64,000 bases of DNA from Coniocarpon cinnabarinum (taxonomy: Eukaryota), in contig JAVECO010000107.1 of assembly GCA_051942205.1 (NCBI GenBank), positions 1-64,000 of the forward strand, read 5' to 3'. Below the pieces are notes generated by a model that was given only the letters and a program-made list of their open reading frames with translations, did not search any database and was not told where the DNA came from. The translations under genes and the position numbers were made by a program. This document shows positions 10,117 to 22,460 of the stretch, piece after piece (position 1 is the first letter of the stretch; each line of letters opens with the position of its first letter).

Positions 10117-12915
10117 ATGGAGTCCGCCCATCATCACGCACTAAACCCTTCTGCCGTCCCACCTTCCGCCAATGTCTTTGACCGAGCTCAAGATGAGACC
10201 TTCCTCGAGGCCTGGGCCTCGGGCAAGAGCGTCGCCAGCGACGACCCTCGACAGAATATCCATCTCTCCCAAGCTGCAATGCAGTCGCACGATCCAAGTC
10301 CGACCTACACCGAGCCGCGAGAGCAGCCGCCATGGGCGGACATGAAAACGAAAGCGGGCAAGGACCGCAAGAGGCTTCCGCTGGCATGCATCGCTTGCAG
10401 ACGGAAGAAAATCAAGTGCAGTGGAGAGAAGCCGTCATGCCAACATTGCGCCAAGTCAAGAGTGCCATGCGTCTACAAGGTTACACAGAGGCGTGCTACG
10501 CCACGCACCGACTATATGGGAATGCTCGACAAGCGCCTCAAGCGCATGGAAGATCGCGTGCTCAAGATCGTCCCCAAGAGCGAAGTCGAGAACGTGCCGC
10601 GAGCTGTGCTGAAGCCCGCGGCCGTCTCGGCGCAGGCCAAAAATGCAAGTAATCGCAAAAGAGTGGTCGACGAGGCCTTCGGTCACGACCTCGATGGGTG
10701 GGCTGCAGAGGAAGGACAGAAGACAGACGCGTATCGAACACCCAAGACCGGCTCAGGTGATGAGCGCAGAACGGCAACAGATGGTGCGGATTCACTGCCG
10801 TCGAAAGACATGCAGATGCATCTCGCAGAAGTCTTCTTTGAGTACATATATGGCCAGTCATACTTTCTGCTGCACAAGGGAAGATACATGCTCGACTTGA
10901 AGGCCGGCACCGTCCCACCATATCTCAATCTCGCTGTCTGCGCGGTATCGGCGCGGTTCTCAACACACCCCGATCTTCAGACGGATCCGCCGTTCCTGCG
11001 GGGCGAGCAATGGTCGAAGCCGTCGCAAGAGATAGCTCTAAGCGTATTTGATACCCCGAACATTAACACACTCATCGTGCTCGTACTGCTTTGTCTGCAC
11101 GGCTTCGGCTGTTGTCAAGGCGGAAGAGCGTGGATGTTGAGCGGCATGGCTCACCGCATGTCATATGCTCTGAGGTTACACAAAGATCCTGAGTACGACG
11201 GCTTGGGCTCCGAGCAAGGGGCGAGGCTCAGTTTTGTCGACCGTGAAATTCGTCGAAGGGCAATGTGGGCATGTTTCTGTCTGGATCGATTCACTTCCTC
11301 AGGGACTGAAAGGCCCATGTTCGCTGGCGAACGCTACATGCAGCTACACCTGCCCGTCAGAGAATCCATGTACCGCAATGAGATTGCTGGACCTACCGAA
11401 GGTCTCGACCCTCCCGAGAAACTCGTACATGGCAAAATCCAGGACGGCGTCATGACTGATCCAAAAAAGAACATGGGTATTGCTGCCTATGTAATTCGCG
11501 TCATTGCATTGTGGGGCCGGATCAACGATTACATGAACCAAGGCGGTCGACTTCGTGGCGATGATCATCCGCCGTGGTCCCCGAGATCGAAGTGGAACAA
11601 TCTGAGGGAACAGTGCGACAACTTCCTTTCGACACTGCCGCCACGTCTTCAATACACTCAGGAGAACCTGAAGACCTTTGCTAGCGAAGGCGTCGCAAAT
11701 GCTTTCTTACTGCTGCATGTCGGGTTCCATCAAAGCGTCATCTTTCTGCATAGATTTGCTTTTCCCAACATTGCAGTATTCAATCAGGAGAAGGGTGAAC
11801 CAGAAGGTTTCAACCTGTCAGGGCGTCAACGAGCACAAGAATCGGCGAACAATCTCTCTGATATCCTCTCTGAGGCGCTGAAATACCGGATGGTGTTTCC
11901 GTTTGCCGGTTACGCTGCCTACGTCAGCAGTGCGGTACAGCTCTATGACGCTTTCAACAAAAACGAGGACATAGCCAGAGTTTCGAAAGCGCGGCTTACC
12001 TCGAACATTCAGTACTTGTCGAGAATGAAAAAGCATTGGGGCATGCTTCATTTCCTGACCGAGAATCTGAAAGACTTGTACCGTCAACATGCAGACGCTG
12101 CCGCTAGGGGTGTGCCGGTCGAGCCTGAGAACGGTAGTCGTAGAGGCGTGTTTCAGTACGCGGACTGGCACGAGCGCTTTCCACGTGGAGTGTCTGGGGA
12201 CGGCTTGGAACCAATCCAGGTGCAGAACAAAGGAAAAGGGATGGGCGGAAAGAAAGCTTCTGATCTTCAGAGCGTTGATGAGTACATGGCATCGAAGGGC
12301 AAAAGTTCCAAGCACTCGGCACCGCCGCACAAGAGCGCAAGAAAAGAAGCACAGCGAAACAATTCCGCGTCGCGTCATGCCAACCATCCGCCCACCCATC
12401 CTGGTGTCCACACCGCACTCTCTGATCGCACTCGTTCGCCGCGTGGCTCGGAGGCGGCCGAGACCTCGCCCGCTTCGTTCGGCGTCCCTGAAGGCTACGA
12501 TCGAATGCAACCGCATCCTCACTTACAAGCCCAGTCGACACCATCGAGCGCCTATGGCATGGAAATACCACAGCAGCTGCCACCGCATATGCGAATGCCG
12601 CAACCCTCCTTCTCAAGTAATGGCTCTCCTCAGGACCTCAGCCATCCCATTGCAGCCTATCCGAATACAATGATGAACATGGACGTAGATTGGGCTCACG
12701 GGGCTGCATATGCTGATGACTTTCTCACACACAACGGCAACACCCATGTCTGGAATACAAACTTCAGTCTGAACATGCCTATGCCCATGGACCAGGGGTT
12801 CTTCTTTCAGTCACCAGAGGTTCACCCGCAACAGCAACAACAGCCTGGCTGGATCCCGGCAATGGAAAGCGCAGCTGAAGACATACCACCAGATACCAAG
12901 CCTCCGCCTGGCTGA
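10117..12915 (+). CDS. Zn(II)2Cys6 transcription factor with fungal-specific TF middle domain
   Basis: 932-aa ORF with ACIACRRKKIKCSGEKPSCQHC...PCVY and middle-domain motifs G.AHRMSYALRLH and REIRRRAMWACFCLDRF. Confidence 0.93.
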   Translation: MESAHHHALNPSAVPPSANVFDRAQDETFLEAWASGKSVASDDPRQNIHLSQAAMQSHDPSPTYTEPREQPPWADMKTKAGKDRKRLPLACIACRRKKIKCSGEKPSCQHCAKSRVPCVYKVTQRRATPRTDYMGMLDKRLKRMEDRVLKIVPKSEVENVPRAVLKPAAVSAQAKNASNRKRVVDEAFGHDLDGWAAEEGQKTDAYRTPKTGSGDERRTATDGADSLPSKDMQMHLAEVFFEYIYGQSYFLLHKGRYMLDLKAGTVPPYLNLAVCAVSARFSTHPDLQTDPPFLRGEQWSKPSQEIALSVFDTPNINTLIVLVLLCLHGFGCCQGGRAWMLSGMAHRMSYALRLHKDPEYDGLGSEQGARLSFVDREIRRRAMWACFCLDRFTSSGTERPMFAGERYMQLHLPVRESMYRNEIAGPTEGLDPPEKLVHGKIQDGVMTDPKKNMGIAAYVIRVIALWGRINDYMNQGGRLRGDDHPPWSPRSKWNNLREQCDNFLSTLPPRLQYTQENLKTFASEGVANAFLLLHVGFHQSVIFLHRFAFPNIAVFNQEKGEPEGFNLSGRQRAQESANNLSDILSEALKYRMVFPFAGYAAYVSSAVQLYDAFNKNEDIARVSKARLTSNIQYLSRMKKHWGMLHFLTENLKDLYRQHADAAARGVPVEPENGSRRGVFQYADWHERFPRGVSGDGLEPIQVQNKGKGMGGKKASDLQSVDEYMASKGKSSKHSAPPHKSARKEAQRNNSASRHANHPPTHPGVHTALSDRTRSPRGSEAAETSPASFGVPEGYDRMQPHPHLQAQSTPSSAYGMEIPQQLPPHMRMPQPSFSSNGSPQDLSHPIAAYPNTMMNMDVDWAHGAAYADDFLTHNGNTHVWNTNFSLNMPMPMDQGFFFQSPEVHPQQQQQPGWIPAMESAAEDIPPDTKPPPG

Positions 12916-13026
12916 AGACTTCTAATCGTATGAATATATTAAGATTCGAAAGTGTGGCTTGGCTACCAGCGATCGCTAAGTGTAGAGATCTAACACTGAA
13001 TGCGCCACTATCTCGGTCACGATCGA

Positions 13027-13522
13027 TTATTTAATGCCCAGCTTTGCTAGGCGCCTCGTCTCCAGCCACCATCCGAGCGTCGTGAGCATCAACAGATGCC
13101 CAAAGATCCACAATTGTGGAAAGCCTTCGCCGAACTCTGGATCCATTCCTGCCGCGCCTGGATACATAATACCCGTCAATCCCGTGAGGAAAAACAGGCC
13201 CCCGAAGAGAGCAGCAGTTGTGGTTGCCAATTGAGATCGCGGGGAGCGCCAGGTGTAATACAAGGTCAGCACGCCCAGGGCGGCGCCCAGCGTGATGGAT
13301 TGGCCGTCATGGAACTTGGCGTGAGGGGGCCTGCAAGAATGTGGGTCAGCCTGGTCAAGATCGACGTGAAGTCGCCGCATAACACGTCGAGGAGGATGAC
13401 GCCGACCATTTTGGGTTGAAGATGTGAGTGTGGTTGAAGTCTGCCCAGTATGGGCCGAAAGTGTTGGCGATTCCCACGTAGGTGAGGCATACACGGCCAG
13501 GGGTGATGGAAGACGTGGACAT
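13027..13522 (-). CDS. Small integral membrane protein (DUF6640-like, NP.WPPHAKFH motif)
   Basis: Exon 1 MSTSSITPGRVCLT...ADFNHTHIFNPKW. Intron 13406-13331 (GTCGGC...GCTGAC...CAG). Exon 2 PPHAKFHDGQSITLG..., about four hydrophobic helices. Confidence 0.75.
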
Positions 13523-14203
13523 GGTCAATGGAACTTGATTGTCAATGACGTTGTCTGAGAAGAGGAGGGCTATGTGGAGACTGGGTACATGGACAGGAGA
13601 GCGTGGAGCAAGATCGGAAGAAAGGGTCACGAGGCGAGGCGAGGAGATGTGATGGTGTGTGACAACGAAGTGTACTTGATCATCTTTATATACACCCGCT
13701 TCCTGCTCCACCGGTAATAGATTCGCTGTCGAGCGGCGATAGCAGCATCGCGCGCCGAGTTGCACAGGGATTCGTCAGCAGAGCAGGCAATGGCAGAACT
13801 CCGTCTCCTGCAGCTACCACGGTGGTCGAACATGGATAGTATTGTGGGAAGCTGCTGCTGGGATGTGAGACAAGCATACCGTGTACCCAACGGCGGCGCA
13901 GATCAGGGTTAGCTCTGCCCTAACGCCATGTTTCATCCGATTCGGTATGGTCTTGTTTGGGCGTTTTGTGCCTAGCAACAGGCACGCCAATATCTGATAT
14001 CTTGAATTTTCGTCTCGAGTCGAGCGGTTCGCTGTAGCTTATGCCTCCGTCTTCGCGGCTGCGCCCTTATTGCTAGGCACTGTAGCTGTCTAACCGCAAG
14101 TTCTCGAGCATCTCTTCCTTGGACTCTTTTCCTAAACACTGCCCCTCGTTTGCTGCTGCATCCATACAAATTTGAGGAGTGGTGCCGCATACCATAGATC
14201 AAG

Positions 14204-15306
14204 ATGGGGGAGTCACGGTGAGTGCTTCAAATGCTCGCTGTGTTGGTTATGCCCTGACTTCTTGCAGACAAGAGCTCTTGACATGGCTCAATCAACTCCT
14301 CTCCCTCAACCTCACCAAAGTCGAGCAGTGTGGAACTGGGTGCGTGCAATGACCTTGCTGAAGCTCCTCGCATTGCTTCCGCGGCATGAGGTATACCAGT
14401 GGCGCATAAAGTGCTAACTCTCTCCATAGCGCACCTCTGTGTCAGGTCTACGACAGCATTTTCCGTTAGTTTCCAGCGAATCAAGCCTTATGAATCGCGC
14501 TAACAGCTGTGCCCAGTCGACGTCCCAATGACACGAGTCAAGTTCAACGTGAATAGCGAATACATGTACATACAAAATTTCAAAGTCCTCCAGAGTACGT
14601 CTCCATCCCGCCGCACATACCTTTCAACCCATATCTTGCAGGAACCCGCCGGGACTTCCACTGCACCCGGCCAAAAACGGCCAACTAACATGACTAAACC
14701 GCAGACACCTTCGCCAAACACAAAATCGACCACCCTGTCCCCGTCGAAAGCCTCGTCAAATGCAAGATGCAAGACAATCTCGAATTCCTGCAGTTCACGA
14801 AACGCTTCTGGGACCAGAACTTCCCAGGCATCGAGTATGACCCCGTCGCGCGGCGCAAAGCCTCGGGCGCGCCGACCGGAGGCGGCGTTGGAGGAGGCGC
14901 AAGCGCATCCCTACGCACGTCCACATCTTCGAAGCCCGCTTCGACCCCCGCCGCACGAAGACCCATCACATCCAACTCGGCCGCAGCGCGCGCCCCGAGA
15001 GCAGGCAGTGCGGCCGGCGGATCCGTCGCGCAGACCGCCGCGCTGAAACAGGAGAATGATCAGCTCAAAGAAACAGTCGAGGGACTCGAGCGCGAGCGAG
15101 ATTTCTATTTCAACAAGCTAAGAGACATCGAGTTGTTGATGCAGGAGGTCGTGGAGAACAATCCGGCGCTTGAACAGGAAGAAAACGGGCTCGTGCCAAG
15201 GTGTCAGGCGATTTTGTATAGTACGGAAGAGGGGTTTGAGATTCCGGAGGCGGAAGAGGGAGGGGTGGTGGCGGGGGACGCCGTGGCGGAAGAAGAGACG
15301 TTTTGA
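14204..15306 (+). CDS. BIM1: EB1-family microtubule plus-end binding protein (Bim1/Mal3)
   Basis: Spliced read MGESRQELLTWLNQLL...KVEQCGTG...CQVYDSIF.DVPMTRVKF...QNFKVLQ...KMQDNLEFLQ. EB-homology motif LERERDFYFNKLRDIE and C-terminal EETF. Four introns, the first at 14218-14267. Confidence 0.95.
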
Positions 15307-15829
15307 GATTTTGACGGTGGAGTGGGATATCATATGACGGGCCCGAAGAGAGATGGGACCTGTGTCGTGATAGGCCCGTGTGGTGTCAGGAGAGTGAGGC
15401 GAATACCCATGTCATGACGACAAAATCCACGAAATAGAACGACTGCTGCCATGGCGTCGTATACGAATGAGAGAGCGATGCAAGCTGCCATACGCTCGGA
15501 AGATGGCCGCTACCGTTTGCGTCCCGAGCTTTTGATTGGGGACGGGCTTCGCTCATGCTTCCGAGCCTCAATGGCGATTATCTGAAGTACAGTGAGTGTG
15601 CTGGTACGTATTCCTCTTTTGCGTGCCCTTGGTGCGGCTCGTCTCTCTCAGTTCGCACGCATTGCATTTTTCTCATCTCGTTCTCTATATTCAGTGTCCC
15701 GCTCTATCGTCTTGTCCAAGATTCTACTTTTCTCTTTCACTCCCTCGCATCTCTCGCATCCTGATCTCTGTAGTTGAGGATACTTCCATCTTCGTCAGTA
15801 CATCTCTTTCTCTTGCTCTTAGATTTTTA

Positions 15830-15926
15830 TCTAGCTCGCTTTGAGACCTTTCTCTAGCTCGCTTTGATCCCCTTTTCAGTCTTCATGTCCTCGCCGAGCA
15901 ATAGTTGAATGCCTCGCCGAGCAATA
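15830..15926. repeat. Two adjacent 23-bp-period direct duplications
   Basis: TCTAGCTCGCTTTGA at 15830-15844 and 15853-15867; CCTCGCCGAGCAATA at 15889-15903 and 15912-15926. Confidence 0.85.
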
Positions 15927-16160
15927 CTGGAATACCTCAGAAATGCTAAGGTAATATAACCACACATCTACTCATCACACGCAACGAATCTTGAATCATA
16001 ATTCCCGTGTCTTGTGTTCTTGCATGACCGACACCGAATCGTTGGACTTTTGGCGTGGGGTGTATCATACAGTGGTATAATTCAGAATGCCTCTTGTCAT
16101 TTGGGGGGGAGAAAGAGAGAGAGAGGAGAGATGGGGGGGACCAGGGGTTCGCTTTGGCTT

Positions 16161-16205
16161 TGGGTTAAAGACTACTGGGTCAAGGACTACTGCGTTAAAG
16201 ACTAC
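16161..16205. repeat. 15-bp tandem repeat x3
   Basis: TGGGTTAAAGACTAC / TGGGTCAAGGACTAC / TGCGTTAAAGACTAC. Confidence 0.9.
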
Positions 16206-16325
16206 TTGTCAGCGTCAAGTTGGATGTATCAGTGAGGCGAGATTGGAGAGGTCGGGAGCACGGTGGGTGTGTGGGAGATGAAGAGCGCCGAGTGATGGAA
16301 GTGTTCCAGACGAGAACTATGGTTT

Positions 16326-16363
16326 AGTCTACTATAGTGGAGTCTACTATAGTAGAGCCTACT
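16326..16363. repeat. 15-bp tandem repeat x2.5 containing a perfect 14-bp palindrome
   Basis: AGTCTACTATAGTGG / AGTCTACTATAGTAG / AGCCTACT. The palindrome TCTACTATAGTAGA lies at 16343-16356. Confidence 0.9.
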
Positions 16364-16727
16364 TCGTATATGTTTGACTCTTTTTGGAGGGTGTATCTTC
16401 AACAAGGACTCGTGTCAGCTCTGGATCCCAGGAAAGCAAAGACGAGCGGTTGAGCAGACCTCAATGTGAATGTGGTAACGGGACCACTTGCGTTCAATGA
16501 TCAGAGAGCCACATATTGTATGAATTACATACTGACTGTGCAGCATAGTCTCAGTTTCTCGAGCTTGAAAACGAGCTTATGGCTTCAAATGGATCTCCAC
16601 CTCGTCGTGCGCCTGTACTCCTCCAATGAAGCATCTATGCCACTGATATGCCCCACAACGCCCATCTCCTATCACCTCTCGTCCTTAACCCAAGGACCTC
16701 CCGCTCTCAAATCCACACAGCGCAAAC

Positions 16728-17789
16728 TCAACACGCGCAGCCCTCCCCCTTATTCGCCTCTCCCGGCTTCCCCAAGTCCACTCGACCTCGACTCGCATCC
16801 GTGGCGCCTCCTTGCGCGGCTGCACTTCGCGTCTGTGTCCCCGCCGTTCGGCCCTTCAAACTCGACTCCGGAATTGCATTCGCGACGGCCGCAAACACCT
16901 CTGCGACGTTCTGCCCCGTCTTCGCGCTCGTCTCGAAGAAAAGCAATTGTTCTTCTTGCGCGAATTGGCGCGCTTCGCTGAGCGAGACTTTCCTCTTGCT
17001 TCCCGACTCCGCCTCTGTCGCGGCTGTGTCCGTCTTTCCCGATTCCTCGGGTGCTTCAGCGCTGCTCGCTGCACCGTCGTTGTTACTGGACGTCGCTGGT
17101 GCGTCACTGGTAGTGTCTTCGTCGTCGACGAGATCCAATTTGTTGCCAACAAGACATATCACGATTCCGGGACTGGCCTGGCGCTGGAGTTCGGCGACCC
17201 AATGGCGCGCCTTTGTGAGGCTTGAGGCTTTGGTCACGTCGTAGGCTACTAGTGCGGCTTGGGCGTTGCGGTAGTACATTGGTGCGAGTGAAGCGAAGCG
17301 CTCTTGGCCGGCGGTGTCCCAGATTTCGAACTTAATGGTGCGGGTAGGGAGGTGGGTTTTTTGGGTCAGGAAGGCGGCTGAAATTGTATTAGTATGTGTA
17401 TGCTGTGGGTCGAAACGAGAAAATGGGGGATTGGTGGGGTGAGGTGAGGAGAGTGGGTGGAACGTACCGCCAATGGTTGGTTCCTTGTTTTCTTGGAAGT
17501 CATTGTTTACGAAGCGGAGGACGAGTGAGGACTGTACGTTGATATGGTGTTAGCTTCAGATTCACATAATGGTGTCTCATAGGCTTGCGGTCAGCTCGGT
17601 GGTTTCCTTAGAGCGACAGTGTTGAATACTGCTTGCAAAGATGCTCGACCGGACCAGACTCTCTGCTTCGAAACCCTTTCAAGACAACCCTTCGAAAGAT
17701 GTGGTGATGCTTACCTTTCCAACAGCTGCCTCGCCGAGCAGCACTAGCTTGACGCTGCTGGTGGGCTTTGGAGCAGACGCATCCGCCAT
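16728..17789 (-). CDS. VPS21: Rab5-family GTPase (Vps21/Ypt51)
   Basis: Spliced [39 protein letters not shown]...[18 protein letters not shown] and C-terminal CAC prenylation motif. Introns 17714-17532 and 17467-17378. Confidence 0.95.
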
Positions 17790-18167
17790 GTTGGAAATGC
17801 TGCTGCGTCGAGTTCACCACCGGGAATGATAGCTAGGTGCTAGATTCCTTTTCTCGAGCGGTGTGAATTCCAGCACTGATTGCTATGTTAGCGCTTCAGA
17901 CCATAGACGCTAGGAGAACAAGAGACGACTTCGGTTTGAAGATGGGACAGAGACGAGATCCCATAGAGCTGCCTGGTATGCATCATCGCTTGGCGATGTC
18001 ACACGGCTATATATCACTTATCTCCGCAACACAGATAACTCAATTAGGTATCACCTTTCCACGCTAGTGCTCCAAGCGCACTTTGGTATTTTCGCAATAC
18101 CTCCAGACTACTGTGTGGCCGACCCGATCAGAGTCGAAGCCGACCTACTCTCACACATTCCGACATC

Positions 18168-19072
18168 ATGTCTCAAGCCGCGCTGAACAAGATCGCGATC
18201 AACAGTCCCTCGCGCAGCAAGCCCAATGAAGTCGAGACCAGCATTGCCAATGCCCTCTATGACTTGGAGACCAATATTCCAGATATGCGTAGTGCGCTTC
18301 GGCCGCTGACGTTTGTGTCTGCTCGAGAGGTAAGAAAACACGCCGGCTGAGGAAATTTTTCTTGAAGAGTCGAAGAAAATTGGCTACACACTGGCAATCC
18401 TACACACACTACACGACACCTATTTTAAAGGGAGAGGCGATGGGCACTGGGAGACCAGCGTGCTTTCTGAGCAACTGGGCTGACACCAGGATTCTTCTCA
18501 GATCGATGTTGGGCATAACAGGAAGGCTATTGTCATTTTCGTTCCTGTGCCACTGCTTCAGGGCTTCCACCGAGTTCAGCAACGGTATGTATTTGAACTC
18601 TCATTCCATCCTTCAGAATCCACTCGATCTAGTGGGGCTAGCCAAAAACGCGTCTGCTTAGCTTGTGTTCGTTACCATTGTATGACTGTCACTAATGACA
18701 CGCAGCCTCACCCGTGAGCTCGAGAAGAAGTTCTCAGATCGCCACGTCCTGATGATCGCCTCTCGCCGCATCCTGCCCCGTCCCAAGCGATCTAATCGCA
18801 GCCGAACCAAGCAAACTCAGAAGCGCCCACGAAGCCGCACGCTTACCGCTGTCCACGACGCTATTCTCGGTGATCTTGTTTATCCTGTGGAGATCGTGGG
18901 CAAGCGCGTGCGCACAAGGGAAGACGGAAGCAAGGTCGTTAAAGTGGTGCTAGATGAGAAGGAGCGAGGGGGTGTCGACTACAGACTTGACACGTACTCG
19001 GAGGTGTACAAGCGATTGACCGGCAAGGGTGTGAACTTTGAGTTCCCTCAAGCCGCAAGTGGAGATGTTTAG
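18168..19072 (+). CDS. RPS7: 40S ribosomal protein eS7
   Basis: MSQAALNKI...[28 protein letters not shown]...|[14 protein letters not shown]...[15 protein letters not shown]. Two introns, the first at 18330-18501. Confidence 0.97.
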
Positions 19073-19842
19073 AAGCAAGTGAGGGTGCACATAGCGACCG
19101 GCATGGTGCTGTGTGGATCAGTTACCGCCCTGGTCATTCATGGCGCTTGTTCGCTAGGACAGCAAGCATCCAAAATCATGCAATAGCTGTTATGCAATGA
19201 ATCACCTTGGCATCCTGCTTAGGGTCCAGTGTTTATCAGCCAGCATCATTACTTCCCATCAATCCGGTCATAGCGCGAAGTCTAACACTGAATGCCGGAC
19301 AAAGTTTCCAATGTATAAGAAGCCATACCGACTAGCCACTAGGAAACTCTTTCCCCAGATATGAGGTCACTTTTGCACAGGGTAGTGGTTCCGTTGATTT
19401 TGATCAAGCGTGAAGCTCTTTTATCTACCAGCTGCGTTTTGCGCCGGCAGATCCATTTCGGATCGCACAGCAAGCAGGATGGTGTCTCAGAGATGCATTC
19501 CTGGAAATTGAGTACAAAAGAGAACAAGTGTTGCCCAAAAGCGGTCATTTGTGGTAGGAAGTCGTCTCATTGCTTGCGCTTCAACAAGCTACCTTTCTGG
19601 ACCGCTCTCGCTTGCTCGTGGCCCGTGTATTCTGAGCTCACAAAGCTTCTGCGTCACGATGACCTATCCGGCCTTGAAAGACATTTTTCCTTTAGAACAT
19701 TGCCCCCTCTTCAAATACCAATAAAAATTGAAGTTTCGCATTCGATGCTGCTGCGAGCGAGCAATTACCGCAACTAGTATATAGCACAGACTCCGGCATC
19801 GTCTGCGCTACAACGGGCCACAAAGACTATCGAAACCCACGG

Positions 19843-20698
19843 ATGATGAAAAGGCTGCGAGAAATGGCCTCACATAGTACATCAACCAAGAAGACATACC
19901 CCAAATACTCGCAGCCATCAAAGCCGTTCTATGCTCAGTTTCCGTCGGAGAACTTGGTGATCGGCGCTGGCGTCGCCATTTTCCATGTCAGAACCGCACG
20001 AGTCGTACTCTGCTACCACACACGCGATGGTTATTACTTTCTGCCCAAAGGCAGGCGTGACGCAAACGAGGGGACAGAGCAAGGCGCGGAGCGGGAGGGG
20101 TTCGAGGAATCGGGTTACAGGAATCGTTTGCTTCCAATCATCGTCCAGCATCGACAGCCGCGACCGCTTGCGCATGACGATCCTCGCGTTAGCCTCAGCA
20201 CTGAACCGGTCTGGACCATGTTCATGCCGCAGACGGCCAAGTCACAGTACATTCTGTTCTGGTACGTGGCAGAAACCCTGGCGCCCGACCTGGAAGAGCT
20301 CATGAACCGCGCATCTGCTGGAGAAGACGTCAAGGTGAAGACGGCCGCTTCCTTGAGCAACTCAGGGCCGTATGCCTATCCACCAAAGTTTCCATTAGAT
20401 GCCTCACTTAAAGACAGATTGTCAGCAGAGCCACGAGAATATAAGCCCCCAAGACATGAGAACACGGGCGTGGATGAGGACGAGAGGCTCTATTCGAGCG
20501 AGCTCGTGAGTATCGACACTGCTATTCAACGACTAGGCGAAAATGAGATCATGGCGGATGTGGTCAGACGTGGATGGGCTGGCGTAAGTTGCTCCTCCGG
20601 CTTGTTCGGATCCTGAGTACGCGCATGCTGACTCTACGGATGCGAAGATTCAAGCGCGCATGCGCATGGAACACATTCCGGAACCACAAAGTCGCTGA
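19843..20698 (+). CDS. Nudix hydrolase domain protein
   Basis: Nudix box LPKGRRDANEGTEQGAEREGFEESG. A probable 3' intron (GTAAGT at 20584...GCTGAC...AAG) gives the end IQARMRMEHIPEPQSR*; the unspliced ORF ends at 20616. Confidence 0.8.
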
Positions 20699-21381
20699 AA
20701 GTAACGCTGTTCTACATGCGCGAAGCAAGCCAGAAGTCGCAGACGATACCCCAAGACAAGGTGCTAAGTTGAGCTGAATATCAGTCGTGAATGAGGGTCC
20801 CTTCAGCATGCACGTGCCTATTTGATGTGCAGGCTCGGAATGCTGCTTCGGGCTAGCGCTTCGAGATTGAATCGCGATGACGAAGTTGGCCAAACCTTCT
20901 GGCCCAGCCAAGGCACTATCCATTTGCTTACAGACACGCCATTCCTGAAACGCTCGTTTTGCACCTTCAAGCCAAACTCCCTCAAAACCAGCCCGGAGAG
21001 GTCTGTTGTTGGCTTGCATTGTCCAATCTTGCGTCAGCGCCAGCAGGGAGCTTCGTAGAAGCATGCAAGGCTACGTATGTGAAGGAGCTCCAGGCTGGAC
21101 GGAAGTGGGCCAATATGACGTACCCCCAATTTTGCGAAACGCTAGGTACTGCCATTTGCAATCTGCGCCAGCCGCTACATCCGGTGGCTGGGGTGCTCCT
21201 TTCCTTCTGTGTTCTTGTTCGTGTGATTCCCCGCGTAAGACGTATTCATATCCACCAACTCAAGTCAAGTTTGCTTGTTTTGCCATAACCCACCACCGCA
21301 ATTGAAGACAGTGAAATCCGTGGCCCGACTCTGAACTGCTTTTGCTCTGCGTGGGCTTGACAACCCAGAAGCTCAACAACT

Positions 21382-22460
21382 ATGGCTCCAGTATTGTTTG
21401 GATTGAACCTAGGCGACTTACAGTGGTGGAAATTCAAGAGCTCTTACATGTGGTCAGTCCATCTCGACGAACGCTACTCAAAACATTAAATCTGACCAAG
21501 CCCAACAGGAATACTGACTACCACTTGCGTCGCTCCAAATTCATCGTATACCAGCTGGCGTAAGTTTTTGCGAGCGCGTCTCGTTCGTATTGGCTAGAGC
21601 CTCAAGCTAACAGACATCATTAGCATGATCTTTTGCGTCGTCTCAGAGTCCTTGGGAACAGCAGCCCTATCTGATTATCTCAAGCAACAAGAGTAAGTTC
21701 AAAGATACCCTGTTTCAAATGTAACGCCGCAAACTCTGACGTAGTGATTCGCAGTTACGTCCAGTCACAACACCCTGGAATTGGAGCAGAGTACAACGAC
21801 GACTACATCGGCATTGCAAGCTACAATATTTTCGTGGGCATCTATGTGGCATTTGTCTTCGGTGGCGCTTTCTTCTTCGACCTGATGTTTCCTGAGCGTC
21901 GAGAGGACCGCGGTATTCGAATCGCGTGGAGATGCTGCTCTGTTGCCGCCTTTCTTTTTGCCTTTGCGGATGTGATCGTTTACACGGTACGGACTACAAG
22001 CCAGCAGAATCCTCAAGCATACTGACAAATTCGCCAGTACATCGTCTCGTCTAAAGCCGCCCGAGTTACTGGAGTTCCTAATCCCGCCGAGATTGAACGT
22101 CTGGTACAGCATCAAAGTGGCTCACCTCTGGAGTACCGAAAGAATGGTCGAGCCGTGGCCTCACTCGTATTCCTTTGGCTAGGCTGGCCTTTTGTATTTG
22201 CTGGCACAGTTATCATGTGGTTTTCTCTCCGGCACGACGAAGACAAGGGCCCTCTGTCGACGCACGCGCAGCGACAACGCGAGCAGACACGCCGCGATGT
22301 CGAGGCCGCTGGTGGCACCTTCGAGTTGCCTCCAAACACCAATGTTGACGGCTACCACAATGAAAAGAAGGTTGAAGAGGAGGACGGCCTCGATGCAAGC
22401 AGCGACAGTCCAGTAGACCCGACAGAACAGGCTCAGTCACATCCGAAAGTCCATCGCTAG
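21382..22460 (+). CDS. Conserved-looking fungal multi-pass membrane protein (about 4 TM)
   Basis: Five-exon read MAPVLFGLNLGDLQWWKFKSSYMW|NTDYHLRRSKFIVYQLA|MIFCVVSESLGTAALSDY...|...FGGAFFFDLMFPER...|...VASLVFLWLGWPF, with canonical introns. Confidence 0.8.

Noticed and set aside
16161..16363. CRISPR-like interpretation of the short repeats
   Set aside because: The units are contiguous without unique spacers, the context is eukaryotic, and there are no cas genes.
18330..18705. Intronic snoRNAs in RPS7 (and RPS12)
   Set aside because: I could not identify convincing paired C/D or H/ACA boxes by eye; an Infernal search would be needed.
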